Origin: an uncultured Gammaproteobacteria bacterium
Lineage (GTDB): Bacteria > Pseudomonadota > Gammaproteobacteria > Steroidobacterales > Rariloculaceae
DNA: 53,692 bases
Direction: 5' to 3'
NCBI GenBank assembly: GCA_964457725.1
Contig: CAYWGQ010000005.1
Location: forward strand, 1-53,692
A program made the position numbers and the translations under genes. The notes under the pieces were generated by a model. It saw nothing but the letters and a program-made list of their open reading frames with translations, was not told where the DNA came from and did no database searches. Below, one piece after another: positions 9,173 through 17,743 of this stretch; position 1 is the stretch's first letter, and each line of letters opens with the position of its first letter.

Positions 9173-10156
9173 TCAGACGGCGACGGCTTCGACGATCCAG
9201 TACCGCGACTGCGTCGGGATCACGCGCTCGAGCCTGAAGCCCGCGGCCGCGAGCAGCACCCCGTGCTCGGCGGCCGTCCGCTCGCGGCCGCCGGTCGTCG
9301 CGAGCATGATCACGTCGAGCAGCTTGCCGAACTGCGGTCCGGGCTCGTCGGTGATCAGCGTCTCGACGAGCAGCGCGTGGGCGCCGGGCGGGGCCGCGCG
9401 GCGCACGGCGGAAAGGATCCGCTGCGCGTGCGCGTCGTCCCAGTCGTGCAGCAAGTCCATCAGCACGTAGGTGTCCGCGACCGGCAGCGGATCGGCGAAC
9501 AGGTCGCCGGCGGCGAGCGAGAGCCGCGGCGACACGAGCTCGGCCACCTCGGCCACGACCTGCGGCAGCTCGAACAGCACGCCGGCGGCGTGCGGCACGT
9601 GCTCGAGAATCGCGCAGAGCAGATGGCCGTGGCCGCCGCCGACGTCGACGATGCGCTTGGCGCCGCGCCAATCGTAGGCGTCGAGCACGGCCGGGATCAC
9701 GCGGCGCGACTTCGCGACCATCGCCTCGTTGAATGCGGCGCTCGCCTCCGGATGCGCGCGCAGATACTCGAGCATCGCCGGCCACCCGCCGGCGGGCTTG
9801 CCGGTCCTCGCGGCGTGCGCGAGGCGCGTGAAGCCGTCCCACATCGGCTCGAGCCCGTGCATCCGGGCGAACGAGCGGAACGACTGCGGATCGTCGCTGC
9901 GGAGCAAACGCGACGCGGGCGTGTGCACGTAGCCGCCCGCACGCTGCGCAAACACGCCGTGCGCCGCGAGCAGCCGGAGCATCCGGTTCAGCGCGTCCGC
10001 GTCGAGGCCGGTGCGCTCGGCGAGCGCGGCGGCGGACGCGGGCTCGTCGCCGAGCGCGTCCGCGACGCCGAACTCGGCGATCACGTGCAGGCAGCGCGCG
10101 GCGATGTGGCCGTGCGTGAGGTCGGCGATCAGCTCGGCGGGCGTCGGCGAATCCAT
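9173..10156 (-). CDS. O-methyltransferase with dimerisation domain (Methyltransf_2/COMT-like)
   Basis: Only the last 327 aa of ORF 9173..13465 are protein-like: MDSPTPAEL..., [27 protein letters not shown]. Confidence 0.9.
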   Translation of the reverse strand: MDSPTPAELIADLTHGHIAARCLHVIAEFGVADALGDEPASAAALAERTGLDADALNRMLRLLAAHGVFAQRAGGYVHTPASRLLRSDDPQSFRSFARMHGLEPMWDGFTRLAHAARTGKPAGGWPAMLEYLRAHPEASAAFNEAMVAKSRRVIPAVLDAYDWRGAKRIVDVGGGHGHLLCAILEHVPHAAGVLFELPQVVAEVAELVSPRLSLAAGDLFADPLPVADTYVLMDLLHDWDDAHAQRILSAVRRAAPPGAHALLVETLITDEPGPQFGKLLDVIMLATTGGRERTAAEHGVLLAAAGFRLERVIPTQSRYWIVEAVAV

Positions 10157-10381
10157 GCTCGGGTGTGCTCGAACGGCGGTCGTGCTGCGGGGTCTCCGGC
10201 ACGCGACGAGATCGTCGTCGACGGCCCTGGATGAACGACGGAGCGACGATGCTAGCAGATGCCTTCGCGCGCGGGTAACTGCGTTGCCGGGGCACGATGC
10301 GCTCGGCTGCGCCGCGCGTCCGTGTCTGCCGAGCCCGGGCCGCCCCTTGCGCAACCCGAGCGCGGCAGTAGAGTGGGATTC

Positions 10382-11047
10382 ATGCTGAAGCGAACCCGCC
10401 TCCTCGACGAGGACGTCTACGACTATCTCCTCCGCGCCTCGTCCCGCGAGCCGGAGGTGCTTCGGCGCTTGCGCGAGGAGACCGCCGCTCGCCCCGAGAG
10501 CGCGATGCAGATCGGCGCGGATCAGGGGCAGCTGATGGCGCTGCTCGTCAAGCTGCTCGATGCGCGCCGCTGCATCGAGATCGGCACCTACACGGGCTAC
10601 TCGGCGCTCGCCGTCGCGCTCGCGCTTCCGGAGGACGGCAAGGTCATCGCCTGCGACGTGAACAGCGAGTGGACCGACGTCGCGCGGCGCTTCTGGCGCG
10701 AGGCGGGCGTCGAGTCGCGAATCGAGCTGCGCTTGCAGCCGGCGCTCACGACGCTCGACGAGCTGCTCGCCGCCGGCGAGGCGGGCCGGTTCGACTTCGC
10801 GTTCGTCGACGCGGACAAGCCGAGCTACGCGGCTTACTACGAGAAGCTGCTCGTGCTGATCCGCCCCGGCGGGCTGATCGCAGTCGACAACACGCTCGCG
10901 CTCTCGGGCGGGCCGATCTTCCGCCAGAGCTCCGAGAGCGCGAAGGCGCTGCTCGCGTTCAACGATTTTCTGCGCACGGACGAGCGCGTGGATCTGGCGA
11001 TGCTGTCGATCGGCGAAGGGCTGACGCTGCTCAGGAAGCGCGGCTGA
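10382..11047 (+). CDS. Class I O-methyltransferase (caffeoyl-CoA/catechol OMT-like, Methyltransf_3)
   Basis: MQIGADQG, IEIGTYTGYSAL, FDFAFVDADK, GGLIAVDN metal-dependent OMT motifs; start ATG 10382. Confidence 0.92.
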   Translation: MLKRTRLLDEDVYDYLLRASSREPEVLRRLREETAARPESAMQIGADQGQLMALLVKLLDARRCIEIGTYTGYSALAVALALPEDGKVIACDVNSEWTDVARRFWREAGVESRIELRLQPALTTLDELLAAGEAGRFDFAFVDADKPSYAAYYEKLLVLIRPGGLIAVDNTLALSGGPIFRQSSESAKALLAFNDFLRTDERVDLAMLSIGEGLTLLRKRG

Positions 11048-11100
11048 GAAGTCGCAGCGACCGCGCCTCCCCGAGCGCGGCCGCCGCTGCCCCTCCTCCC

Positions 11101-14100
11101 CTAAAACCGCAGCCGAACGCCGAGCCGATAGGTCCGCCCGAGCGTCGGGAAGAAGACCGCATGCGCGCCGCCGACCGCACCGCTCGCGAACGGCGGATCC
11201 TTGTCGAGCGCGTTGTCGATGTTCGCAAACACCTCCATCGTCTCGATGTTGTCGAGATCGAACGCGTAGGAGCCCGTCAGGTTCAGCGTGAAGTGGCTCG
11301 GCGTGCGGTTCACGCTCACGCTCCCGGTCACGTTCGGATCGTAGCCCGGCTGGTCGGGTCCCGTCTTCGGCGTTTGCTTGTCGATGATCCCGTCCGTGTG
11401 ATAGCGGCCTTGGGCGGTGATCATGAACGGCCCGCGGTAGTACGTGAACACGAGGTTGTGCACCCAGTCGGGCGAGCCCGCGAAGTCCGACAGGAAGCCC
11501 GTGTCGCCGCCGGTCTGACCGGCGATGTCGCGGACGGTGTCCTGCCCGCCGACGAAGACCGGCGGGGAGGTCACGATCGTGTCGATCGCGTGGGTCGACA
11601 TCAGCCGCAGCTGGATGTTGCCGTTCGTCAGCGGAATCGCATAGTCGAACGACATGTCGATGCCCTTCGCCTCGTACGAGCGGCCGTTGAAGTACGGCAC
11701 CGTCACGTACTCGATGTCGAGCCAGCCCTGGCCGCCGGGCCCGGTCGTCGGGTTCTGGCCCTGGATCAGCGCGCAGTCCTCCGGATTGCCGGTGTTGTAG
11801 CACGAGGAGATGATCCGCCCCTCGATGCCGCCCTGGATACCGTCCTTCAGCTTGATCTTGTAGTAGTCCGCCGAGAACCGCAGGCGCCCGCGATCGCCGC
11901 CCGGCGTCACAACGAAGCCGATCGTCGTCGTGTCGGCTTCCTCGGGCTTCAGGTTCACGTTGCCGGTCAGGTTGAACGTACGCGGGTCCTGATTGAACGG
12001 GAATCCGCCCGGAATCCACGGATTCTGGACTTGCCCGAACACGTCCGTGCCCGCGGGCTGCGTCAGCGACCAGTAGAGCTCGCGGAAGCCCGGCGCGCGA
12101 ATGTCCTCCGACTGGCTGCCGCGGAAGCGCAGGAAGCTCGTCGGGTCCCAGACCCACGACACCTTCCACATCGAGATATCGCGCGTCGCAGTGCCGCCGG
12201 AGCGGACGAGATCGGTGTTTTTGTAGCGCGCGTCGCGGTAGGCGGCGTTGACCGAAAGCAGCTCGGCGCCGCGCTTCTCCGCGAGCAGCGGCATCTCGAG
12301 CTCGATGAACGCCTCGCTGACCTCGACCTCGCCGCCGAACTCGTCGCCGTACTGGAGCAGGATGTCGACGCGCCGCGCCGGATCGTCCTCGTCCGCGACG
12401 GTGTTCATCAGCCGCTCCTTGCGGAACTCGAGGCCGGCCGCGCCCGCGAGCGGACCGGCGCCCCAGCCTTTCCAGAGCTCGCCGGTGATGCTGCCGGCGA
12501 GGACTTCCTGCTTGATGCGGTTGAACTCGACGATCGGCGCGAACGCGTACGCGCGCGCCTCCGCGGACATGCTGCCGCGGCCGAACGGGTTCAGCGGCAC
12601 GCAGCCTTCGATCAGCGACGGCGGCGTGTACGGCGACGGCGGCCCGAAAACCGTCGCGCGGCAGACCGGCTCGCCGAACGTCGGCGAATCCGGGCGCGGA
12701 TCGATGATCGCGTCGACCGCCATGTTGAACCGCAAATTGGTCCGGTAGTCGTAGCCGATCTGCTCGCGATCGGTCTTGCCGTATTGGTAGTACGCGTCCC
12801 ACGTCCACGTGGATTCGCCGATCGTGCCGTTTAGGCCGAGCACGAGGCGCGTGCTCTCGGTGTCGGTGTTCACGATCTGGTCGATCTCGTCCGTGAAGTC
12901 CTTCCGGACCGTCGTCTGCGGGTTGAACGGATCGAAGCACGCGAAGAAGCCGCCGTTGCCGATCGCGCCGAGCACCGCGGCCTCGAGGTTCGGATTGCCG
13001 ACGAGGAACGCGTTGTCCGGGCGGATGCAGACGTTCACCGAGTCCGAGCCGAACCCGCCCGCCGCTTCCTGCACGTTGACGCCGAGGACGTTGCCGTAGG
13101 ACAGATCGAAAAAGCCCCGGAGCCGATCGGAAAAGTCGTAGGTCATGCTGACCATCGCGGTCGAGCGCTCGGTCTCGGGCACGAGCGTGAGACCTTCGTA
13201 GATCGACCGGCCGTCGCCGCCGACCTCCGACTGCGTCGGGCTCAGCATGCCGTACTGGCCGATCTGAAACGGTTGCACGTCCGTGCCGTCGGCCGTCGCC
13301 TGCAGCCCCGTGTTGTAAATCACGCCGGTGTAGCTCACCTGGTTCTGGCGGCGGTCCGGCATCACGATGTTCTGCGGCTGGCCCGGGATGTTCGGCGTGT
13401 ACGGCGTGCCCGGCGGATCGAACGGCGTGCCGCCGTTCGAGAAGAGGCCGATGCTCTTCGCGCACCAGTCGCGCGCGTGATAACAGCTCAGGATCGGATC
13501 CTGGCGCTCGTGCTCCGCGCCGACGACGATGTGGCCGCGGCCGCCGAGAAGCTGCGTGCCGCCGGCGATGCCGACGTGGTAGTTGTCGCCGTCGCCTTTC
13601 GAGCTGCCGTAGTCGAGGTCGAGCTTCACGCCCTCGAGCGTCTTGTCGAGCAGGATGTTCACGACGCCGGAGATCGCCTCCGAGCCGTAAGCCGCGGAAG
13701 CGCCGCCGGTGACGACCTCCATCCGGTCGATCAGGATGCTCGGCACGGCGTTCAGGTCGACGCTGCCGCCTTGGTTGGTCGGCACGTGACGCCGCGAGTC
13801 GACGAGCGTCAGGGTGCGCGTGCCGAAGAACGGGTTCAGGCCGCGCAGATTCGCGAGCGTCGAGCCGACGAAGAACGCGCTCCCGCCGGTATTCGCGGGC
13901 TGGAAGTTCGAGACGTTCGACGGAACCTGCGTCACGACGTCGGAGATGCTCGTGAGCCCGAGGCTCTCCATGTACCGGCTGTCGACGACCGTGGTCGGCG
14001 TCGGTGCGTTGAAGTCGTCACGGCGAATGCGGGTGCCGGTGACGGTGATCTCCTCGAGCGCCGCGGCGCCGCGGCGCTGCTCGGTCGGCTCTTGCGCCGC

Positions 14101-14187
14101 GGCGTTGCCGCTCCACGCCGCCGCGGCGGCGACGGACGGAATGATGCATGCGAGCGCTCCGCGGCTCGCACGAACGAGCTTCGACAT
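11101..14187 (-). CDS. TonB-dependent receptor (about 1028 aa)
   Basis: GGAGG SD before ATG 14187; signal peptide; TonB box LEEITVTG; plug NLRGL...RTLTLVD and EVVTGGASAAYGSEAISGVVN; C-terminal GRTYRLGVRLRF. Confidence 0.95.
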   Translation of the reverse strand: MSKLVRASRGALACIIPSVAAAAAWSGNAAAQEPTEQRRGAAALEEITVTGTRIRRDDFNAPTPTTVVDSRYMESLGLTSISDVVTQVPSNVSNFQPANTGGSAFFVGSTLANLRGLNPFFGTRTLTLVDSRRHVPTNQGGSVDLNAVPSILIDRMEVVTGGASAAYGSEAISGVVNILLDKTLEGVKLDLDYGSSKGDGDNYHVGIAGGTQLLGGRGHIVVGAEHERQDPILSCYHARDWCAKSIGLFSNGGTPFDPPGTPYTPNIPGQPQNIVMPDRRQNQVSYTGVIYNTGLQATADGTDVQPFQIGQYGMLSPTQSEVGGDGRSIYEGLTLVPETERSTAMVSMTYDFSDRLRGFFDLSYGNVLGVNVQEAAGGFGSDSVNVCIRPDNAFLVGNPNLEAAVLGAIGNGGFFACFDPFNPQTTVRKDFTDEIDQIVNTDTESTRLVLGLNGTIGESTWTWDAYYQYGKTDREQIGYDYRTNLRFNMAVDAIIDPRPDSPTFGEPVCRATVFGPPSPYTPPSLIEGCVPLNPFGRGSMSAEARAYAFAPIVEFNRIKQEVLAGSITGELWKGWGAGPLAGAAGLEFRKERLMNTVADEDDPARRVDILLQYGDEFGGEVEVSEAFIELEMPLLAEKRGAELLSVNAAYRDARYKNTDLVRSGGTATRDISMWKVSWVWDPTSFLRFRGSQSEDIRAPGFRELYWSLTQPAGTDVFGQVQNPWIPGGFPFNQDPRTFNLTGNVNLKPEEADTTTIGFVVTPGGDRGRLRFSADYYKIKLKDGIQGGIEGRIISSCYNTGNPEDCALIQGQNPTTGPGGQGWLDIEYVTVPYFNGRSYEAKGIDMSFDYAIPLTNGNIQLRLMSTHAIDTIVTSPPVFVGGQDTVRDIAGQTGGDTGFLSDFAGSPDWVHNLVFTYYRGPFMITAQGRYHTDGIIDKQTPKTGPDQPGYDPNVTGSVSVNRTPSHFTLNLTGSYAFDLDNIETMEVFANIDNALDKDPPFASGAVGGAHAVFFPTLGRTYRLGVRLRF

Positions 14188-14329
14188 AGATTTCCTCCCC
14201 AAAGACGCTGCTGCCCCGTAGCTCGAGGCACGTGCCGCAGGCGCGTGCCTCGTTCCCCTGACGCCACAGCGAGAACGGCCGGTTTACCGGCTCTACTCCC
14301 CGAGCCGAGTGTTACAAGCAACGGTATCG

Positions 14330-14357
14330 ATTGCAATATTTCTTTTTGTTCGGTCAA
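14330..14357 (-). promoter_or_regulatory. Candidate sigma70-type promoter for the TBDR (TTGACC-N16-TGCAAT)
   Basis: Conspicuously AT-rich patch about 145-170 nt upstream of the TBDR start; good -35, weak -10. Confidence 0.4.
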
Positions 14358-14622
14358 TTACTGCTGCACCGCCGCCGCTTCGCGCGTCGGTCGCGCTCGC
14401 CAACGGCGGCGCCCGTCGTCCACCGGCGCCGGTCGAAGGGGTGCCGCGAGAAAACAACGCCGCCGGAGGCAACGCGACCGACGAGAGACATCCGGACATT
14501 TGCCGCGGCGGCAAGCCAGTTGCCGACAAGCCTCGCCGGCCGCATGATCGAACGAGAGGTGGAACCGATTGCCGCCTCGGCCGTGTTTCGAGGTTGCGAA
14601 GCGACAACAAGAGGAACTCGGC

Positions 14623-14832
14623 ATGGAGCGCCTGGTGCAACTGTTCGACGAAGTCGACGACGTCGTCGTGCTGCTGCGGCACGTTCTGATGGTCTACCTC
14701 GCGAGGCTCTCGCCGCCACCGCGGCCGGCCCCGGCGCTGCACGGACGAAGAGTCGCGGCCGGACAGCGGGTCGCGGCTGGACAGCCGCTCCTACATCGCG
14801 CGTCGCCTCGCCGGGTAGGAGCGGCTGTCTAG
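14623..14832 (+). CDS. Small hypothetical protein (69 aa) whose 3' end runs into REP sequence
   Basis: AAGAGGA SD before ATG 14623; amphipathic N-terminus MERLVQLFDEVDDVVVLLRHVL; tail encoded by REP copies. Confidence 0.4.
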   Translation: MERLVQLFDEVDDVVVLLRHVLMVYLARLSPPPRPAPALHGRRVAAGQRVAAGQPLLHRASPRRVGAAV

Positions 14833-14870
14833 CCGCGATCGTCCCGTCGCGGCTGGACAGCCGCCCCTAC
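14753..14870. repeat. REP cluster (three full copies plus one degenerate partial)
   Basis: Partial 14753-14767; reverse 14771-14794; forward 14815-14838 (TCTAG variant); reverse 14847-14870 (one mismatch). Confidence 0.9.
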
Positions 14871-14889
14871 GGCCGGAAGACTGTCGCCG

Positions 14890-15438
14890 ATGGCGAGGAT
14901 GCTGATCGTCTACGGGACGAGCGAGGGGCAAGCCGCGAAGATCGCCGAGCAGATCGCGGCGACCGTGCGCCGCGCGGGCCACGACGTCGACGTGCGCCAC
15001 GTGCGCGACGTGCGCGATGCGGCGCTCGACGGCTACGACGCGGTCGTCGTCGGCGGCTCGTTGCACATGGGGCGCTACCAGCCGGGCGTTCGCGACTTCA
15101 TCGCGCGCCACAAGGCGCTGCTCGAGTCGCGGCCGAGCGCGTTCTTCTCGGTCTCCCTCGCCGCTGCGAGCCGCGACCCGAACGAGCGCACTGCGGCGCT
15201 GCGGATCGCGCGCGAGTTCGTCGCGAAAGCGGGCTGGTCGCCGCGCCTCGTCGCGAGCTTCGCCGGCGCTCTCAAGTACACGCAATACGGCTTCTTCACG
15301 CGGCTGATGATGAAGCGCATCGCGCGGAAGGAAGGCGGATCGACCGACACGTCCCGCGACGTCGAATACACGGACTGGGACGAAGTCGGGCGCTTCGCGG
15401 AGCAGCTCTCGCACGCCATGACCGCGGACGGCGGCTGA
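14890..15438 (+). CDS. Flavodoxin-domain protein, HemG-like (Flavodoxin_5)
   Basis: LIVYGTSEGQAAKIA FMN loop, YDAVVVGGSLHMG, PSAFFSVSL, FAGALKYTQY, EYTDWDEV. Confidence 0.85.
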   Translation: MARMLIVYGTSEGQAAKIAEQIAATVRRAGHDVDVRHVRDVRDAALDGYDAVVVGGSLHMGRYQPGVRDFIARHKALLESRPSAFFSVSLAAASRDPNERTAALRIAREFVAKAGWSPRLVASFAGALKYTQYGFFTRLMMKRIARKEGGSTDTSRDVEYTDWDEVGRFAEQLSHAMTADGG

Positions 15439-15567
15439 GCAACCGCGCGAGCCCGCCCGCGCAGCCTGCGCGAGCACGGACGGTCGGACGAGCGCCGCGC
15501 GCGCGGTCACTCGCAATCCCGGAACGTTCCAGTATGATGCCGCTTCCGCCGGGAGCGCCGCGGCGAG

Positions 15568-16401
15568 ATGGCCCTCGACACCGCTACCTACTACGACCGC
15601 CTCGCGTGGTGGACCGCGCTCGCGCAGCCGTTCGGCTACGGCGGCGGGCGGCGGACGCTGACCGTCCACCGCGCGCTGGCGGACCCGCTCGCCGGCGGCC
15701 GGCCGACCGCGACGCGCGTGCACGATCTGCTGATCGAGTCCCTGCCGCAGCTCCACGCGCCTCGCGTGCTCGACGCGGGCTGCGGGCTCGGCGGCACGAT
15801 GATCGATCTCGCGCGGCGGATCGGCGGCACGTTCACCGGGCTCACCGTCAGCGCCGAGCAGGCGGCGATCGGCCGCGCGGCGGTCGCCCGCGCGGGGCTC
15901 GAGCGCCGCGTCGACATTCAGGTCGGAAGCTACGACGACCCGCCCGCCGGCCCGTTCGATCTCGTCGTCGCGATCGAGTCGCTCGCGCATTCGGCGGATC
16001 CGGCCGCGACCGTGCGCGCGTGGGCCGCGCGGCTCGCGCCGCGCGGCACGATCGCGATCGTCGACGACATGCCGGATCCGGACGCCGGGCACTCGAACGA
16101 TCTCGCCGCGTTCAAGTCCGGCTGGCGGCTGCCGGTGCTCGCGACGGCCGCGCACCTCGCGGCGGCGCTCTGCGGCGCCGGTCTCGCCGTCGTGACCGAT
16201 CGCGATCTCTCGGCGTACGTGCGCCCGCGCTCGCTCGGCAAGATACGCTCGCTGCAAACGCTGAACCGGATCGTGCGCGCCTGTGCGCCGAGCGAAGGTT
16301 TCCGCGCGGTGCTCGACTCGCACCACGGCGGCCTCGCGCTCGAGCGTCTCTACCGGCACGGCGCGATGCGCTACCGGCTGCTGATCGCGCGGCGCAGCTG
16401 A
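15568..16401 (+). CDS. SAM-dependent methyltransferase (tocopherol/sterol-MT-like)
   Basis: RVLDAGCGLGG motif I, GLTVSAEQ, FDLVVAIESLAH. Confidence 0.85.
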   Translation: MALDTATYYDRLAWWTALAQPFGYGGGRRTLTVHRALADPLAGGRPTATRVHDLLIESLPQLHAPRVLDAGCGLGGTMIDLARRIGGTFTGLTVSAEQAAIGRAAVARAGLERRVDIQVGSYDDPPAGPFDLVVAIESLAHSADPAATVRAWAARLAPRGTIAIVDDMPDPDAGHSNDLAAFKSGWRLPVLATAAHLAAALCGAGLAVVTDRDLSAYVRPRSLGKIRSLQTLNRIVRACAPSEGFRAVLDSHHGGLALERLYRHGAMRYRLLIARRS

Positions 16402-16480
16402 GACGCTGCAACCCTTGGATCGTCGCGGCGCGCGGGCGTAACCTCCCAAGACCGGCCGCAAGATCGCGAACGAGAGAACG

Positions 16481-17644
16481 ATGCGCTCGGACCTTGCCCT
16501 GCTCCTCCGCGCGGCGTGCGCGATCGCCGCCGTCCTCGTCGGGCTCGCCGCCGCGCCGGCGGCCGCGCAACCGACCGACGACTGCGACGAGCTCTGCCGC
16601 GCCGGCGCCGAGCTGATCGAGCGTTTCGCGCTTCGCGAATCCGACGCGCCCGTCCGCGACCGACCGGGCTGGGCGCCGCCGCGCCGGATCGCGGTCGCGG
16701 ACACGGCGATCGCGGACGTGCTCCGCGGCGTGCTGCCGGGCATCGACGTCATCGGCGTGCCGGGCCTCCGGAATTACGCCGCGATGGAAGCCGCCGTCGC
16801 CCGCGCCGACGTCCTGGTCGGCTTGTGCACGCCGGAGATCGTCGCGCGCGGGACCGAGCTCGCGTTCATTCAGCTGCTGAACGCGGGCGCCGACAGCTGC
16901 ACCGCGGTTCCGGAGGTCGCCGAGCGCGGCATCCTGGTCGCGAACCTGCAGCGCATCCAAGGCCCGCACATGGCCGAGCACGCGATCGCGCTGCTGCTCG
17001 CGCTCGCCCGCGCGCTGCCGGTCTACGCCGCCGAGCAGCGGGCCGGCGAATGGACGCGCGGCTTTCGCGAGCGCCGCACGGAGCAGCACTTCGAGATCGA
17101 AGGCAAGACGCTGCTCGTCGTCGGGTTGGGCGGCATCGGCACGGAGGTCGCCGCGCGAGCGCACGGGCTCGGCATGCGCGTGATCGCAACCCGCAACAGC
17201 CGCCGCGAAGGGCCGACCTACGTCGAGTACGTTGGGCTCGCGGACGAGTACCGCGCGCTCGCCGCGCGCGCCGACGTGATCGTGAACGCGACGCCGCTGA
17301 CGGCCGACACCCGCGGCATGTTCGACTCGGCGTTCTTCGCGGCGGTGAAGGAAGGCGCGTACTTCATCAACATCGGCCGCGGCGAGAGCGTCGTCACCGA
17401 CGCGCTGGTCGAAGCGCTCGAGTCGGGCAGGCTCGGCGGCGCGGGCCTCGACGTGACCGACCCCGAGCCGCTGCCGCCCGGCCATCCGCTCTGGCGCATG
17501 GAGAACGTGATCATCACGCCGCACATCGCGACGAGCTCCGATCTGCGCAGCGCCCGCACGGTCGCGCTCGTCGTCGAGAACGTCCGCCGCTGGGTGCGCG
17601 GCGACCGGATTCTTTCCGTCGTCGATCTGGCCGCGGGATACTGA
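16481..17644 (+). CDS. D-2-hydroxyacid dehydrogenase family protein with N-terminal signal peptide
   Basis: MAEHAIAL, GKTLLVVGLGGIG, INIGRG, LDVTDPEPLP, ITPHIA; hydrophobic leader ending AAA|Q. Confidence 0.9.
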   Translation: MRSDLALLLRAACAIAAVLVGLAAAPAAAQPTDDCDELCRAGAELIERFALRESDAPVRDRPGWAPPRRIAVADTAIADVLRGVLPGIDVIGVPGLRNYAAMEAAVARADVLVGLCTPEIVARGTELAFIQLLNAGADSCTAVPEVAERGILVANLQRIQGPHMAEHAIALLLALARALPVYAAEQRAGEWTRGFRERRTEQHFEIEGKTLLVVGLGGIGTEVAARAHGLGMRVIATRNSRREGPTYVEYVGLADEYRALAARADVIVNATPLTADTRGMFDSAFFAAVKEGAYFINIGRGESVVTDALVEALESGRLGGAGLDVTDPEPLPPGHPLWRMENVIITPHIATSSDLRSARTVALVVENVRRWVRGDRILSVVDLAAGY

Positions 17645-17687
17645 TCGGCGGGCGGTCCCGGGTCGGGCGCGGCGGCCGACGAAAGAG

Positions 17688-17711
17688 TCGCGGCTGGACA
17701 GCCGCTCCTAC
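17688..17711 (-). repeat. REP palindrome, single copy between convergent genes
   Basis: Exact reverse copy of the 24-mer. Confidence 0.9.
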
Positions 17712-17743
17712 CCCCGTAGCCGACGGGACCGCGGCGGCGGTCG

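Noticed and set aside
9173-13465. 1430-aa ORF as a giant methyltransferase fusion
   Set aside because: The upstream 1100 aa are Arg/Pro-rich off-frame translation over the TBDR and the opposite-strand OMT; only 9173..10156 is protein-like.
14188-14330. Cobalamin or TPP riboswitch upstream of the TBDR
   Set aside because: I could not find a B12 box or TPP consensus; kept only as an unassigned structured leader.
14753-14870. REP clusters as a CRISPR array
   Set aside because: Copies alternate in orientation, spacing is irregular, there are at most three full copies per site, and no cas genes are present.
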